Origin: Nitrospirota bacterium
Lineage (GTDB): Bacteria > Nitrospirota > UBA9217
Direction: 5' to 3'
Length of the DNA stretch: 64,000 bases
Assembly (NCBI GenBank): GCA_963818475.1
Contig: CAWFSF010000006.1
Span: forward strand, 864,001-928,000
Shown here one piece after another: positions 63,524 to 64,000 of the stretch. The notes beneath the pieces are model-generated. The model did not search any database. It was not told the origin of the DNA and worked only from the letters and a program-made list of their open reading frames with translations. The position numbers and the translations under genes are program-made. The number at the start of each line of letters is the position of its first letter. The first letter of the stretch is position 1.

Positions 63524-64000
63524 ATGCGAAAAAGTATTGAACGCATAAAACAGATGGTGATCAAGGAATTCATCCAGATATTCCGGGACAAGAGGATGAA
63601 GGCCATCGTCTTCTTCGTCCCCATCATGCAGACGCTTGTGTTCGGCTATGCGGTGACCACTGACGTGAATAATGTCCCGACCGCTGTCTACGACCTTGAT
63701 CAGTCATCGGAAAGCCGCGAACTCATCAGACGGTTTTCCGCTTCCGGTTATTTCAATATTCAAATAAGCGCCGATTCCACTTCTCAATTGCAGGACGCGC
63801 TCGACCGCGGCACCGTCATCCTGGCCCTCCAGATCAACAGGGGCTTCTCATCAGATCTGAAGAAACGCGGACCTGCGGCCATCCAGGTCCTGGTGGACGG
63901 GACCGATTCAAACACCGCCATGGTTGCCGTGGATTACGTCAACCGGATCGTTCAGAAATACGGGCGGGACCTGTCCGTCGCAACCGTTCCCCAGCGGCTT
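63524..64000 (+). CDS. ABC-2 permease (YbhR-like), runs off window end
   Basis: KEFIQIFRD, VFGYAVTTDV, VDGTDSNTA. Confidence 0.88.
   Translation, partial: MRKSIERIKQMVIKEFIQIFRDKRMKAIVFFVPIMQTLVFGYAVTTDVNNVPTAVYDLDQSSESRELIRRFSASGYFNIQISADSTSQLQDALDRGTVILALQINRGFSSDLKKRGPAAIQVLVDGTDSNTAMVAVDYVNRIVQKYGRDLSVATVPQRL

Overview
Bacterial chromosomal window; the housekeeping gene order and LuxR type suggest Nitrospirota or Desulfobacterota (inference). About 2-45.1 kb is an accessory island. It holds two IS110 elements, a group II intron plus a second intron 5' fragment, a tyrosine (HUH/Y1, RAYT-like) transposase with terminal inverted repeats and an internally deleted derivative, ISL3/IS3/IS1182 remnants, PIN and TIR genes, secreted proteases, a trypsin-endonuclease fusion, a LuxR lacking its AHL-binding core, lipoproteins and a ~3,500-aa SpvB/Rhs toxin. 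From 45.2 kb the window is core genome: DUF502, glmU, glmS, pcrA/uvrD, gatC, panD, gatA, gatB, a SurA-like gene, an M20 peptidase, a thermonuclease and a TetR-HlyD-ABC operon. Main observations: (1) short end motifs of the Y1 transposase (..AACGTCCCC / ..GTGACCCC) recur across the island, often at gene boundaries, and are the exact insertion sites of both IS110s and both group II introns. (2) Each IS110 has a right-end bridge-RNA-like region whose putative guides match and co-vary with its own target and donor ends. (3) Four 20-bp lux-box palindromes, each 21 nt upstream of a -10 hexamer, suggest a quorum-type regulon.
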